Virus record (IMG/VR): IMGVR_UViG_3300043418_000072
Span: 231,362-295,361 of that record
Length of the DNA: 64,000 nucleotides
From: a virus
Direction: 5' to 3' (one strand)
Positions 38,338 through 48,060 of the stretch are shown here, in pieces (position 1 is the stretch's first letter; every line of letters starts with the position of its first letter). The notes under the pieces are model-generated. The model did not search any database, was not told the DNA's origin, and saw only the letters and a program-made list of their open reading frames with translations. Made by a program: the position numbers and the translations under genes.

Positions 38338-38505
38338 TCATTGTTCTCCTAAATAGAACTGTGTTTCACAATCGGCACACTTGAATGGCTCTGCTGCATC
38401 GTAAAATTCTGTGCAGCCTTCCATTTCCTCAGCTACATAAAGCTCGCCGCCATTTGTAGTTGGGTTGGGCTGAATGTGTTGCTTACCGCAATTTGGACAA
38501 AACAT
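38338..38505 (-). CDS. small zinc-ribbon protein (CxxC...CxxC), not in supplied ORF track
   Basis: Hand-translated: MFCPNCGKQHIQPNPTTNGGELYVAEEMEGCTEFYDAAEPFKCADCETQFYLGEQ; its stop overlaps the ATG of the next small ORF. Confidence 0.35.
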   Translation of the reverse strand: MFCPNCGKQHIQPNPTTNGGELYVAEEMEGCTEFYDAAEPFKCADCETQFYLGEQ

Positions 38506-39048
38506 GATTAATCTTCTTCCAATTCAATATCGTCAGCAATGTTAGCAATATCATCAGCCATGGTTTGCAGTTCTGCACGGAAATCAGGGTGTGCATGACC
38601 AACTACTTCTTGAATCAATGCTGCCGCTTGAGCCAGCTTACCAATTTGTTCAAATTTATCCATTGTGTTATCCGTTGAATCCAATTATGTCTTCAAACAA
38701 TGCCAGCAAGTCTGCATTGGACATTTGCTCTAATTTTGCAACAGGAAACTCTTCGCCGTAGCTGTCACAAATGATGCCATTGTGGGCACACTCTTGTAAA
38801 CGTGCAATGACTAGATTACGCACCGTAGTATGCCTCTAGTTCAATTTGAAAACCAGCTTCGCTTTGCTCAAAAGCCTCGTCTGCTGTTTCCACGTTAAAC
38901 AAAAACAAATCACCATCCCAAATTTGATACATAAAAATCCTTAAGACAACAATAAAAGAAAAGCCAACAACACCGCAAAGCCCGGGTGTCCGCAAATAGC
39001 TAACACTATAACTGCAATCCACCCAAGATCTTTACTCATTATAACTCC

Positions 39049-40077
39049 TTAGTTAGGCTTCATGCAAGTGGTACGAGCCATTGCAGTCCAGTTATTAGGA
39101 AAGCTCTTGCGCAAGTCTGCAATCTTAAGAGCCATGCGCAAACTCATTTCACGCAACTTGTTCTTGTTAGCGTCCATGAAATCAATGATCTCATCTTGGG
39201 CAATCTGATCAAACTCGTAGTCTGCAAACAACTCGCCATCTGCTGCAATTTGACGGATGCGAAGCATCTTGTCACGCATGGTATCCAGTGTCAAGTCCAG
39301 ATAATGACAGCGTGATTGCAGTGCATCAAGGTGATCACGGAGCTTCTGGCTCTTCATAGTGTCAAACTTCAAGTTGGTGATAAAAATCACAGAACCGTTG
39401 AAGTTAAAGCTGTCTGGGATACCTTCGCGGCGCAGAGCACTTGACTCGCTCAACCAAGAAATCTTACGCTTCTTGCCCGAGTCCAATGCACCTTTCAGCA
39501 AGTTAAGCGACACGTCATCAAGCAAGATGCCGTCGCAGTCATCAAACACCAGCACACAATTTGCGTCACTGTACTTGTACAGAGTTTGGTACAAGCCGAT
39601 TGGGGTAGCAGAGCCCTTAACAACTTCTGCACGGAGACGATTGCCTGCAATTTGATCTAGCAGTGTTGCCTTTTCAATTTCTTGCTCAACACCGTAGCTC
39701 TTACCAACGCCAGGAGGGCCGCTAACAATCATAGCACGAATGTCGCCGTTGGTTGCAGCCTTAGTCATCTCGTGCAAGATTTCAAAGCGCTCGCGGATAC
39801 GTGTAATTGCTTCCTCATCAGATTCTACAACTACCTCTGCATGGGCTTGCACTGCGGCAACGCCTGCATCACCTTCAGTCACAAACTCGTAATCAAACGG
39901 ACCAGTGACCTTGATGCGAATGTCTTCCGGAAAGCCAGGAAAAGCACCACCATTTTTAACAGTAACGTAACCACCTTTGGCGCTGGTCTTAAACTGCTCT
40001 ACAAGCTCAAATGTTTGACCTGAGACATCAGTGGTACGATAGGCGCCGCTGCGGATACGAACAAAACTGTTTGACAT
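39049..40077 (-). CDS. AAA+ ATPase
   Basis: 342 aa; Walker A VSGPPGVGKS, Walker B VLVFDDCDG; a consensus promoter lies upstream. Confidence 0.65.
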   Translation of the reverse strand: MSNSFVRIRSGAYRTTDVSGQTFELVEQFKTSAKGGYVTVKNGGAFPGFPEDIRIKVTGPFDYEFVTEGDAGVAAVQAHAEVVVESDEEAITRIRERFEILHEMTKAATNGDIRAMIVSGPPGVGKSYGVEQEIEKATLLDQIAGNRLRAEVVKGSATPIGLYQTLYKYSDANCVLVFDDCDGILLDDVSLNLLKGALDSGKKRKISWLSESSALRREGIPDSFNFNGSVIFITNLKFDTMKSQKLRDHLDALQSRCHYLDLTLDTMRDKMLRIRQIAADGELFADYEFDQIAQDEIIDFMDANKNKLREMSLRMALKIADLRKSFPNNWTAMARTTCMKPN

Positions 40078-40106
40078 GCTTTTTCCTTTTTGCTGTTTAA
40101 GTGTGT

Positions 40107-40135
40107 ATTATACGATGGATTTCATTTCGGGTCAA
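40107..40135 (-). promoter_or_regulatory. Consensus sigma70 promoter TTGACC-17-TATAAT
   Basis: Minus strand: TTGACCCGAAATGAAATCCATCGTATAAT. Confidence 0.7.
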
Positions 40136-40141
40136 CCGAAA

Positions 40142-40423
40142 TTACATGCTCCAATAAGTTTCGCTAGCAGGGTTGCAGCACCAAGGAGTGTCATGTGCAA
40201 TTTCCACATCCTTGCCAGTCATCAAGTTCTTTACTACTTTAGTAGTAGAAACATACTCGATACGATACTGATCTACAGTATACATTCCCGAAAGCAAGAG
40301 CTCAGCAACTTCGCGCTTGATGCCTGCTTCGTCGCGGTGCCAAACAGTGGTACTAACCAAACGTTCGCCAGTTTTGCAACGACGATCCAGTTTGTAGATG
40401 TACATGGTGTAAGATTGCTTCAT
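40142..40423 (-). CDS. hypothetical protein
   Basis: 93 aa; a promoter and an AGGAG ribosome-binding site lie upstream. Confidence 0.45.
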   Translation of the reverse strand: MKQSYTMYIYKLDRRCKTGERLVSTTVWHRDEAGIKREVAELLLSGMYTVDQYRIEYVSTTKVVKNLMTGKDVEIAHDTPWCCNPASETYWSM

Positions 40424-40453
40424 ACCAACTCCTGTTTTGCTTGCTATGTATCT

Positions 40454-40482
40454 ATTATACTGCTTCTGCCATTTTCGGGCAA
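40454..40482 (-). promoter_or_regulatory. sigma70-type promoter TTGCCC-17-TATAAT
   Basis: Minus strand: TTGCCCGAAAATGGCAGAAGCAGTATAAT followed by AGGAGTTGGTATG. Confidence 0.6.
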
Positions 40483-40605
40483 ATTGAGTCTAATACTTGT
40501 TGTGTAAAAACAACACCACCATACGCTTGCTGGTACGTGTCTGCAACAGATTTCAAGAAGAAAGTGTAAACTTTGCCCTTGCTAGTGATTAGCGTGTACT
40601 TCATT
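40456..40605 (-). CDS. small ORF (49 aa) behind its own promoter, not in supplied track
   Basis: Hand-translated MKYTLITSKGKVYTFFLKSVADTYQQAYGG...; the next promoter is embedded in its 3' end. Confidence 0.3.
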
Positions 40606-40614
40606 GAAAAAGCC

Positions 40615-40643
40615 CTGTTTGCTGCAATACATGTATTATAGCA
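40615..40643 (-). promoter_or_regulatory. sigma70-type promoter TTGCCC-17-TATAAT
   Basis: Minus strand: TTGCCCAATAAAGGCCCTTTTGCTATAAT. Confidence 0.6.
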
Positions 40644-40669
40644 AAAGGGCCTTTATTGGGCAACCAAAA

Positions 40670-41668
40670 TTATGTTGCTGCGGCCCAGAATTTGCTATGT
40701 CTTGCAAGCCATTCCATTACCGGGAGCACCAGCTCAGGACTGTGTTGTGTAATCTGCTGCATCACAAACGGCATATGGTGGTGTGCTTCTGCACGTTCAC
40801 CTAGCTCGTACAAGAAATGATGCCATTTATGTATGTTCCACCCTTTGTAGTCCATCCTAGGAATAAAATAATCAACTACGTCCAAGTCAGCCAACTTAAC
40901 CACATTCCATTGTCCGTGAAATCCAAATCCCGGTTTGTATTCATATGAGCCTTCTTGTATCTCGTGACTAAACTGCTGTGCCAATTCGGTTGGAGCAAAT
41001 TTAATACCGTACTTGCTTTCTAAGAGCTGCTTATGGTCAACACACTGGACTGCGTCTTCTTCAATGAACTTACGTTGTTCGTGCAACTGAATTGCAGGAT
41101 CCTTGCAGGCCAATAAGAGTTTACGTGAGCGTAGAGAGAACCCACCGTTACCCATGTTTTGGCCTTCGGGAGCCCATGGCCAAACTGCACCAATGTAATC
41201 ATACTCAAGAAACTGATCGGACCACTTGGTACCGTCGTATGCCATTGCATCCCACTGTGCAAACAAGATATGGTCAGTGTCAATGAACGGCCACATGTTT
41301 TTAAGCATAATCTCGTTGTAGTCCCTAAAGCTCTTAATAGGCTTGGTAAGCACTGTTGTGCTGCCGGGTAGGATCTCCCTGTCACTGAATACTACAACTT
41401 CCTTAACGTCAATGTGTTTAAGAGTTTCCTCTAATGCACGACGAGCTAAGTCGTGGTACATGGTTTCCACCGTGACTAACGTGATGCTTTTACTCATAAC
41501 TCTTCTCTTCAGTAATGCTGCTACCGCAGATGGTGTTGATTGCTTTCTTAATAGCTGCACGTTTGTCGTTTTTAAGATACACCTGCCTAGCTGCATTAAC
41601 AAACTCGTCGTTAAACAACTGCTTCTTTTCACATGCACGTTTAAAGTCTTCGATGTCCCACAGCTCAT
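40670..41668 (-). CDS. putative glycosyltransferase-like protein (first gene of sugar cluster)
   Basis: 332-aa ORF heading the sugar-gene run; no diagnostic motif found, so the functional call is weak. Confidence 0.3.
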   Translation of the reverse strand: MSCGTSKTLNVHVKRSSCLTTSLLMQLGRCILKTTNVQLLRKQSTPSAVAALLKRRVMSKSITLVTVETMYHDLARRALEETLKHIDVKEVVVFSDREILPGSTTVLTKPIKSFRDYNEIMLKNMWPFIDTDHILFAQWDAMAYDGTKWSDQFLEYDYIGAVWPWAPEGQNMGNGGFSLRSRKLLLACKDPAIQLHEQRKFIEEDAVQCVDHKQLLESKYGIKFAPTELAQQFSHEIQEGSYEYKPGFGFHGQWNVVKLADLDVVDYFIPRMDYKGWNIHKWHHFLYELGERAEAHHHMPFVMQQITQHSPELVLPVMEWLARHSKFWAAAT

Positions 41669-41864
41669 TGTTAATGGCTTTTAGTTCAGCCACATGACTA
41701 TCTACGTCAGGTAGTGATAGTTCATTTAGCGATACATAGAGATGATACAGTTCAGTCTTAACATTTTCCAACTTAGTTGCATCCTTGATACGCTCACTTT
41801 TGATCTGGAGAATTGTAATCTTGTCAAGTAGTTCGCCGATACTGACCGGAATAGACACGATCAT
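41490..41864 (-). CDS. hypothetical coiled-coil protein
   Basis: 124 aa; the true start is probably internal because it overlaps the previous gene. Confidence 0.3.
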   Translation of the reverse strand: MIVSIPVSIGELLDKITILQIKSERIKDATKLENVKTELYHLYVSLNELSLPDVDSHVAELKAINNELWDIEDFKRACEKKQLFNDEFVNAARQVYLKNDKRAAIKKAINTICGSSITEEKSYE

Positions 41865-42748
41865 AATTGTTTAACTACTGCGTCCACGATTGCAGCAATA
41901 TCCCATAATTTATTACAAGCGTAGTCGCTGCGCTCGCATACAATTTGTCGAACTGGGCGTTGTTGTCTAGCATGACATCCAACACATGGCACACTGGCTT
42001 GAATGACTGTGCAGTTATCTCCCATTACTCCGTTTCGGAATGGCAGCACACGGTCTGGATACATGTGGCTTAGTAATGCCACAATGTGTGTTTCACTTGC
42101 TCCAGCAATGTGGAATGGTGCTGAGTCAATGCCTACAAAGCACTTGGCACTATCCATTAGGTAACACGTTGATCCTGCGTCAAGGCCTCTAGCATCAATG
42201 ACTCTAGGATTACCTTCGGGTGCATAATCAGTTGGGCCACCTGTACACACAATCTTAACAGAAGGATCTGCTGCAAGGATTTTGTTAATAACGTCTATCC
42301 ACACTTCCACTGCAATGTTTTTCAATTCCCAGTGCCAACGGCGCATATGAATTACAACAAATGGACTGTCAATTGATGCAACAAGTTTATCAACTTCTGC
42401 AACTTGCGCATCTCCGATGAATAATTCCATACTCTTGTCCATGTTTGTGTTACCAAACACACGATAGAAGTAATTGTCAACAAAATGACCATCCGGGTTA
42501 TACTCGTATGTGTCATCTAAGTTATAGAACACATCGTATACTGCTGCATCAACTTCGGTGTCTGTGTGGATCACATTACGCACATGAGGATTGTGTTTGA
42601 ACACTTGTGGATACTCAGTATGCACATCAATCACACAGTTGTCACCGTACATGTTTTTTAGTTCACGCACAACTCCTGTGGTAATAATCACATCACCGAG
42701 TGCTGCTCGGCGGCGCAGTAGGATCCCAATCGGCACTTCTAGTTTCAT
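41861..42748 (-). CDS. GT9-family glycosyltransferase (ADP-heptose:LPS heptosyltransferase-like)
   Basis: 295 aa; the N-terminus RAALGDVIITTGVVRELK resembles heptosyltransferase starts, and a C-terminal GIDSAPFHIAGA-type segment is present. Confidence 0.5.
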   Translation of the reverse strand: MKLEVPIGILLRRRAALGDVIITTGVVRELKNMYGDNCVIDVHTEYPQVFKHNPHVRNVIHTDTEVDAAVYDVFYNLDDTYEYNPDGHFVDNYFYRVFGNTNMDKSMELFIGDAQVAEVDKLVASIDSPFVVIHMRRWHWELKNIAVEVWIDVINKILAADPSVKIVCTGGPTDYAPEGNPRVIDARGLDAGSTCYLMDSAKCFVGIDSAPFHIAGASETHIVALLSHMYPDRVLPFRNGVMGDNCTVIQASVPCVGCHARQQRPVRQIVCERSDYACNKLWDIAAIVDAVVKQL

Positions 42749-43971
42749 TGTTCTATCTCCACTTTGGGGAAATATTTAACATATCGGTCTCCGCGATTGT
42801 TACGCTTCTGTTGAATACGGGTGCGAATCTCTTCGTAGAAATTCCATGCCAGCGGTATAAAGATAATTGTATCATCTTCGCCGAACTGATCCAAGTAGTC
42901 AATTGGCACAATAGGAATATTTGCACCGGGGCTGTACAGACCTTGCTTCAGAGGATTGTCATCAATGATGGCTTCCAGCTCGAGTCCACTAAACTGTAGC
43001 AGAGTATTGCCTTTGGCTGCTGCTCCATATCCAATAGCTCTATAGCCGTACTTTTCTACGTATACTTCAACACTCCCGACTAATTCTTCTACTAGCTCTT
43101 TAGCATTAAACGCCCAACGGTTGTAAGTGTCTGCTGTTAGCAGTCCTTTACTGGCTTCGCTTGCAATCAAGTTCTTGATGTGCCCGGGACGTTGTTTGTC
43201 TTTGCTAACAATAAAGATATAGCTTGTGCCATGGATAGGGCACTTGACCACATCCTCTAGATACAGTCCAGCACGTTTGCACAACTCATTCATGCTGTTG
43301 ATGTTATAGAAGTTTACATGCTCGTGATAGATAGTATCAAACTCGTTGTTTACAACCATATCAGCTTGGCTTGTCTGGATAAAGAACTTGCTGCCATTAC
43401 GCATCAATCTCTTGATGTTCTTCATGTAAGTTAGTGGATCCGGATTGTGAGCAAAGCTGTTCTGCGCTGTAATGATGTCAAAGAATATTTCGTCCTTAGA
43501 TAGTTGTTCAGTTAACGTTGAGCTAAAGAAGTCGCAGTAGATATTGTGATTCTTGCTGCTAACAGGATACAGGTTTTCAGCAGGGTCAACACCGGTAGTT
43601 CTCAATCCCAACTGTTTGAAGTAATCCAATTGTGTACCGTCATTGCAACCAATATCCAATACCGTCATTGGATAGTTACCCATGTACTCAACTGCAAACT
43701 TAGAGAACCACTCAAAGTGATCGCGCCCAGTTTTACTTGTTCCGCTTACGTAGAGATAGTGTGTGTAAATTAGTGCAGGGTCAACTGCGTGAGTCAATTG
43801 CAAATGATTGCAGTGCTCGCATCTGTTAACTGCCAACGGGAACTTTGGCTCATCAACTTGTAAATTATCAATACAGTTGTTTGCGAGAGCTTGGGTTCCT
43901 AGGTCTAGTTCAAGCGTTAGATGGCTACTGCCGCAAGCGAGACAGGCATCAATTGATTTGCAAGATGTCAT
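42745..43971 (-). CDS. SAM-dependent sugar C-methyltransferase (TylCIII/NDP-hexose C3-methyltransferase type) with N-terminal zinc ribbon
   Basis: 408 aa; N-terminal CLACGS...CEHCNHLQ zinc ribbon, class I SAM-methyltransferase motif VLDIGCNDGTQL, and a C-terminal C-methyltransferase-type domain. Confidence 0.6.
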   Translation of the reverse strand: MTSCKSIDACLACGSSHLTLELDLGTQALANNCIDNLQVDEPKFPLAVNRCEHCNHLQLTHAVDPALIYTHYLYVSGTSKTGRDHFEWFSKFAVEYMGNYPMTVLDIGCNDGTQLDYFKQLGLRTTGVDPAENLYPVSSKNHNIYCDFFSSTLTEQLSKDEIFFDIITAQNSFAHNPDPLTYMKNIKRLMRNGSKFFIQTSQADMVVNNEFDTIYHEHVNFYNINSMNELCKRAGLYLEDVVKCPIHGTSYIFIVSKDKQRPGHIKNLIASEASKGLLTADTYNRWAFNAKELVEELVGSVEVYVEKYGYRAIGYGAAAKGNTLLQFSGLELEAIIDDNPLKQGLYSPGANIPIVPIDYLDQFGEDDTIIFIPLAWNFYEEIRTRIQQKRNNRGDRYVKYFPKVEIEQ

Positions 43972-44693
43972 TATTCGGTTCTGTAGTTAGAAGAAGGATA
44001 TTCGTTGTTGTAGTGGAAGCTAGGGTCTCCCTTACCGTGACTTGAGTGTATGGTTACTTGCAGAGGTTTTCCACTGCCAATCCATGCCTCGTGCTCAAAT
44101 CTAAAGTTACCCGGATCTAGTTTAACTCCCGGCAAGTATAAACTTTCCTTGCCCCACTCAATTGTAGCAGGGTCTGACAATTTACGCAAGCGACGGATGT
44201 AGTTATTGGTTGTCCACCAAAAGTTGCCCGAGAAGTGGGGAAACGGATGGTCTAACCAGTTAACTCCAACTACGTCAACCCCTTTAGACAATTCGTCGAG
44301 AGATTTTTCCCATTGCTCGATTGCCCAGTATGTTAGATAGTTGCGCCAATCCGCAGCCTTTTGGTCTGCAACATTTTCTCTGCTGAGTCCTTTAAGGTGT
44401 GCGTAACCAATTGTGTACTCGTCTTCACTAGAATCAGCATCCTGCTTGATTTTATTGATAGTAGGCCATTCCCACTTAGTGGCATCACCATGGACTTGCA
44501 CTGCTGTAAATTTAGGATTAGAGTTAAGGATGGGCAACAAGAACATTTCCATATTACTCTTAACGCCGTTTAAGCAGAAGATGATTTCGTCTGCGCGATT
44601 GATTAAGCCGCTGTTGTCCATTTTCTCTAGCATCTCAACTAGAACTGATTGCCAACCAGTTAATTCCGGTACGTGTAAATAAAATTTAATCAT
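43971..44693 (-). CDS. hypothetical protein in sugar cluster
   Basis: 240-aa ORF. Confidence 0.4.
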   Translation of the reverse strand: MIKFYLHVPELTGWQSVLVEMLEKMDNSGLINRADEIIFCLNGVKSNMEMFLLPILNSNPKFTAVQVHGDATKWEWPTINKIKQDADSSEDEYTIGYAHLKGLSRENVADQKAADWRNYLTYWAIEQWEKSLDELSKGVDVVGVNWLDHPFPHFSGNFWWTTNNYIRRLRKLSDPATIEWGKESLYLPGVKLDPGNFRFEHEAWIGSGKPLQVTIHSSHGKGDPSFHYNNEYPSSNYRTE

Positions 44694-45469
44694 GATTTGT
44701 AAACTCCGGGTGCGTTTGTAACGTTGCTACGTTTTTTAATTAGTTCGATCACATCTGGATCGTTTACTTGGTCGCCGTACGGTGCAAATAATGCTTTACC
44801 GCGTGGGTCTGCGTTTGTCAATGGCTCAGTAACATAATATGCTGCTAGGCTACAACGAATACTGCCATCTGGGCAGTTGAGTTCTTTTGGTAAACCGTGC
44901 CATGAATTTTGTGTGGTATCAAAAATTACAGCCCTGTTAAAACGATTTTCAACAGTAGTTACACATTGTCTAGGGCCACCAGTTTCTTCGTTGTGATCCC
45001 AAATCTCTAGGCCGCCGCCCCATGCAGTATCCCATTCAGGACTGATGTAAATGATGATGTTGAGCTTGCGTTGTAATTCCAATTTGGGATGAATACTATA
45101 GTCCAAGTGGATGTTGTTCTTGCCACCCTTAGTGTGGGCGTGCCATCCGCCGCCGTGTAGGCCAGCATCTGCTGCAAGGTTAGGATCGCTTAATATCTGT
45201 TGTAGATAGAACGTAAATGCCTCACCAGTTAGGTAGGAAAATGCCTTGTATGTGGTTGCAGGAAAGTTGTCCCAACGATTACATGCTTTCTTATCTTCAA
45301 GTGCATTGTGATAGTGGGCGTTCCATACTGCACTGTCGTACGATGGAAATTCTGCAACCAATTGTTTAGCAACATCATCTGTAAAGAAGTCGTCAATTAC
45401 TGCATAGTTAAACGGCTTGGCATTTAGAAAATTTCTCTGGATTTGATTCCAGTTGTGATTGTTTATCAT
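44690..45469 (-). CDS. 2OG-Fe(II) oxygenase
   Basis: 259 aa; the HxD...H facial triad (NIHLDYSIH ... NSWHG) and WGGGLEIWD match the PF13640-type fold. Confidence 0.5.
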   Translation of the reverse strand: MINNHNWNQIQRNFLNAKPFNYAVIDDFFTDDVAKQLVAEFPSYDSAVWNAHYHNALEDKKACNRWDNFPATTYKAFSYLTGEAFTFYLQQILSDPNLAADAGLHGGGWHAHTKGGKNNIHLDYSIHPKLELQRKLNIIIYISPEWDTAWGGGLEIWDHNEETGGPRQCVTTVENRFNRAVIFDTTQNSWHGLPKELNCPDGSIRCSLAAYYVTEPLTNADPRGKALFAPYGDQVNDPDVIELIKKRSNVTNAPGVYKS

Positions 45470-46179
45470 TAGTTTTTAATATATGAACCGTTAGGTGCAA
45501 TGGCCCCTTCTACGCCAACTTGATCTACTTCCACTACATGAGCAGGGTTGAGGAATTTAGCAAGCACATGCTCAATGTCTGTGTAGCCACCATTTGTAAC
45601 TCGTTCGTTGAAGTGTGCAAAACTGTAGTCGTATACGCTAATGACTTCGTCTAGTAGTGCAATAGGCCACGACCATAGTCGTGCCATGTATTGCCAAGGC
45701 TGCTGCGTTACCTCAACAGGGAATTGACTCTTATGCTTACGCCCGATAATGATTTTGTCTGCTTCAGTTTTGTATAACTCAGGATCAAACAAGTCATTGA
45801 TTACGTAACGACCCGACATCTTGTGGATACGATCAATGCCCGCAAACTCGCCGTCTTCTTTAAGCAATTTCAGTGCTTGACCGAAGCACATGATCTCAGT
45901 ACCATTCTTTACCACATCCCAGTTGTCTGTACTGTGATAAAGTTTCTGAACCTCTGCTTCATCTGTGAAGTCCAAGAACACATCGCATACGCTAGACAAG
46001 ATTGCAGTCTGTTCTGCTGTAACAGGAACTCCTGTTACCTCCATAATAACAATCTTAGCATCCGGAACATGCTTGCGAATACTAGCAACGGTAGTCACTG
46101 TTTGCTCTAGCCGCTCAATTGGAGAGTATACCCCAAAGCGGCTGTTAACTGCGCTGGTTACAATAAAGCAGTGTTTCAT
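45469..46179 (-). CDS. hypothetical protein in sugar cluster
   Basis: 236-aa ORF with an abutting start/stop. Confidence 0.4.
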   Translation of the reverse strand: MKHCFIVTSAVNSRFGVYSPIERLEQTVTTVASIRKHVPDAKIVIMEVTGVPVTAEQTAILSSVCDVFLDFTDEAEVQKLYHSTDNWDVVKNGTEIMCFGQALKLLKEDGEFAGIDRIHKMSGRYVINDLFDPELYKTEADKIIIGRKHKSQFPVEVTQQPWQYMARLWSWPIALLDEVISVYDYSFAHFNERVTNGGYTDIEHVLAKFLNPAHVVEVDQVGVEGAIAPNGSYIKN

Positions 46180-47219
46180 TTACGCAACCAGCGGTTATTT
46201 GCTAAGGTCCACTCAACTACTTCCTTAACACGTTCGCTAAGTTTGATCTTAGGAGTCCATCCTAGCTCTGCTAGTAATCCGCCATCAAGTGCATAACGTA
46301 GATCGTGCCCAGGGCGGCTGCTGTGGAAGTCAGTCATTTCGTACACCAACTCGTTACCAACTGCTGCTGCAATCATTTTAGCAAGGGTAAGGTTATCAAT
46401 TTCTTCTGGTCCAACAAGATTAAACTTAGGACATTTAGCACCACCATAATCACCTGTGTGCGTATAGTCTTTGAGATTTTCAAGGATAAACATTAAGCCA
46501 TCTGCTACATCCTTGGCATGGATATAGTGACGTGACCCTGCAATGGTCTTGCTTGGGTCGCTATGAACTGTTACTACTTCACCGTCGCGGGCTTTTTGTA
46601 TTACCATTGGGATAAACTTCTCAGGATGCTGACGTTCGCCAAACACGTTCATAGTGTGTGTAACTACGATAGGAAGTTTGTAAGTGTTTTCAAATGCAAC
46701 ACAAATTTCCTCAGCTGCGGCCTTACTTGCAGAGTATGGGTTGGTGCTATTGTAGCGATCGTATTCTTTGTAGCTAACGCCGTTTGGTGCTGGACCAAAC
46801 ACTTCGTCTGTTGAGAAATATACAAAGCGATCAAGATTTGGCAGAGTGCGGGCATACTGCAAGAGATTGGTTGTGCCCACAACGTTATCCATTACAAACT
46901 CCATAGGGAATTCAATAGAACGATCCACGTGTGAACCAGCAGCCAAGTGCAACACAATGTTCACATCACCAATCATACTAGTAGTCAATGGATTAATCTC
47001 TGCTTTAAGATCATGCCACACAATGCGTAGGCGTTTACGCTGGTCCGGTGCAATCTCTTCCATCATGTCATGCAAACGGTTTAGATTGCCCGAATAGTCT
47101 AAACGATCTAAGCTAACAATATTCCAATCTGTAGTTTTTAGGATGCGCTCAATAACGTGATGAGCAATGAAACCGGCTCCGCCGGTGATAAGTACGGTCT
47201 TTGACAAGTAATTCTCCAA
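46176..47219 (-). CDS. rmlB: dTDP-glucose 4,6-dehydratase (extended SDR)
   Basis: 347 aa; Rossmann VLITGGAGFIAHHV, catalytic YSASKAAAE (YxxxK), and the RmlB-like FGERQHPEKFIPMVI. Confidence 0.8.
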   Translation of the reverse strand: MENYLSKTVLITGGAGFIAHHVIERILKTTDWNIVSLDRLDYSGNLNRLHDMMEEIAPDQRKRLRIVWHDLKAEINPLTTSMIGDVNIVLHLAAGSHVDRSIEFPMEFVMDNVVGTTNLLQYARTLPNLDRFVYFSTDEVFGPAPNGVSYKEYDRYNSTNPYSASKAAAEEICVAFENTYKLPIVVTHTMNVFGERQHPEKFIPMVIQKARDGEVVTVHSDPSKTIAGSRHYIHAKDVADGLMFILENLKDYTHTGDYGGAKCPKFNLVGPEEIDNLTLAKMIAAAVGNELVYEMTDFHSSRPGHDLRYALDGGLLAELGWTPKIKLSERVKEVVEWTLANNRWLRK

Positions 47220-47304
47220 TGATAGTTGATAATGTATTTATTTTAGCTATTTTACAAGAGTCAACTTTTAAAAGCAAGAGCAAGACCACCGAATAAATAT
47301 TTGT

Positions 47305-48060
47305 ATGAAAATTGTAATTGTAACCGGTGGGTTTGATCCTATCCATAGTGGGCATATTGCCTATCTTAAAGCAGCAAGTCAACTCGGCGATATCTTAGTC
47401 GTTGGACTAAACAGTGACGATTGGCTACAACGTAAAAAGGGTGCAGCATTTATGCCTTGGGACGAACGGTATGCTATTGTAAGCAAGATCAAGTATGTTA
47501 ATCAAACCACTTATTGGGATGACAGCGACGGTAGTGCCATTAAGTTGCTAGAAGAGTTTAAAGCACAATATCCTAACGATGAAATCATCTTTGCCAATGG
47601 TGGAGATAGAACACAAGACAACATTCCCGAAATGTCAGTTACCGGTGTAGAGTTTGTGTTTGGTGTTGGTGGTGAGAATAAGGCCAACAGTTCAAGCTGG
47701 ATTCTACAAGAATGGAAAGCACCTAAAACTGAACGCCCATGGGGTTACTACCGAGTCCTGCATGATGTACCGGGTACCAAGGTTAAAGAACTAACCATCA
47801 ATCCAGGGCAAAGTCTCAGTCTACAAAGGCATCAGCACCGTGCAGAATATTGGCACGTTAGCGAAGGACAATGTATTGCCGAGCAGCAAATGGAAAATGG
47901 ATACCATATGCCAGCTCAACAATTAAGCGAACACATGAGTATCCATATACCCAAAGACGGATGGCATCAATTGCACAATCCGTTTACTGCACCGTGTCGC
48001 ATTGTAGAGATACAATACGGCAAACACTGCACCGAAGAAGATATTGAGCGTAGAGATTAA
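47305..48060 (+). CDS. Bifunctional cytidylyltransferase-like nucleotidyltransferase fused to cupin domain (HldE/RfaE domain-II-like + sugar isomerase/epimerase-like)
   Basis: 251 aa; the N-terminal HIGH-type motif GGFDPIHSGHIAYL is typical of cytidylyltransferase-fold sugar-1-P nucleotidyltransferases; the C-terminal 110 aa has a cupin-like pattern. Confidence 0.55.
   Translation: MKIVIVTGGFDPIHSGHIAYLKAASQLGDILVVGLNSDDWLQRKKGAAFMPWDERYAIVSKIKYVNQTTYWDDSDGSAIKLLEEFKAQYPNDEIIFANGGDRTQDNIPEMSVTGVEFVFGVGGENKANSSSWILQEWKAPKTERPWGYYRVLHDVPGTKVKELTINPGQSLSLQRHQHRAEYWHVSEGQCIAEQQMENGYHMPAQQLSEHMSIHIPKDGWHQLHNPFTAPCRIVEIQYGKHCTEEDIERRD

Noticed and set aside
47220-47304. Possible divergent promoters between rmlB-like gene and the plus-strand nucleotidyltransferase gene
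   Set aside because: Only weak -35/-10 matches (TTGACT ... TAAATA with 18-nt spacing); not convincing compared with the consensus promoter family elsewhere.
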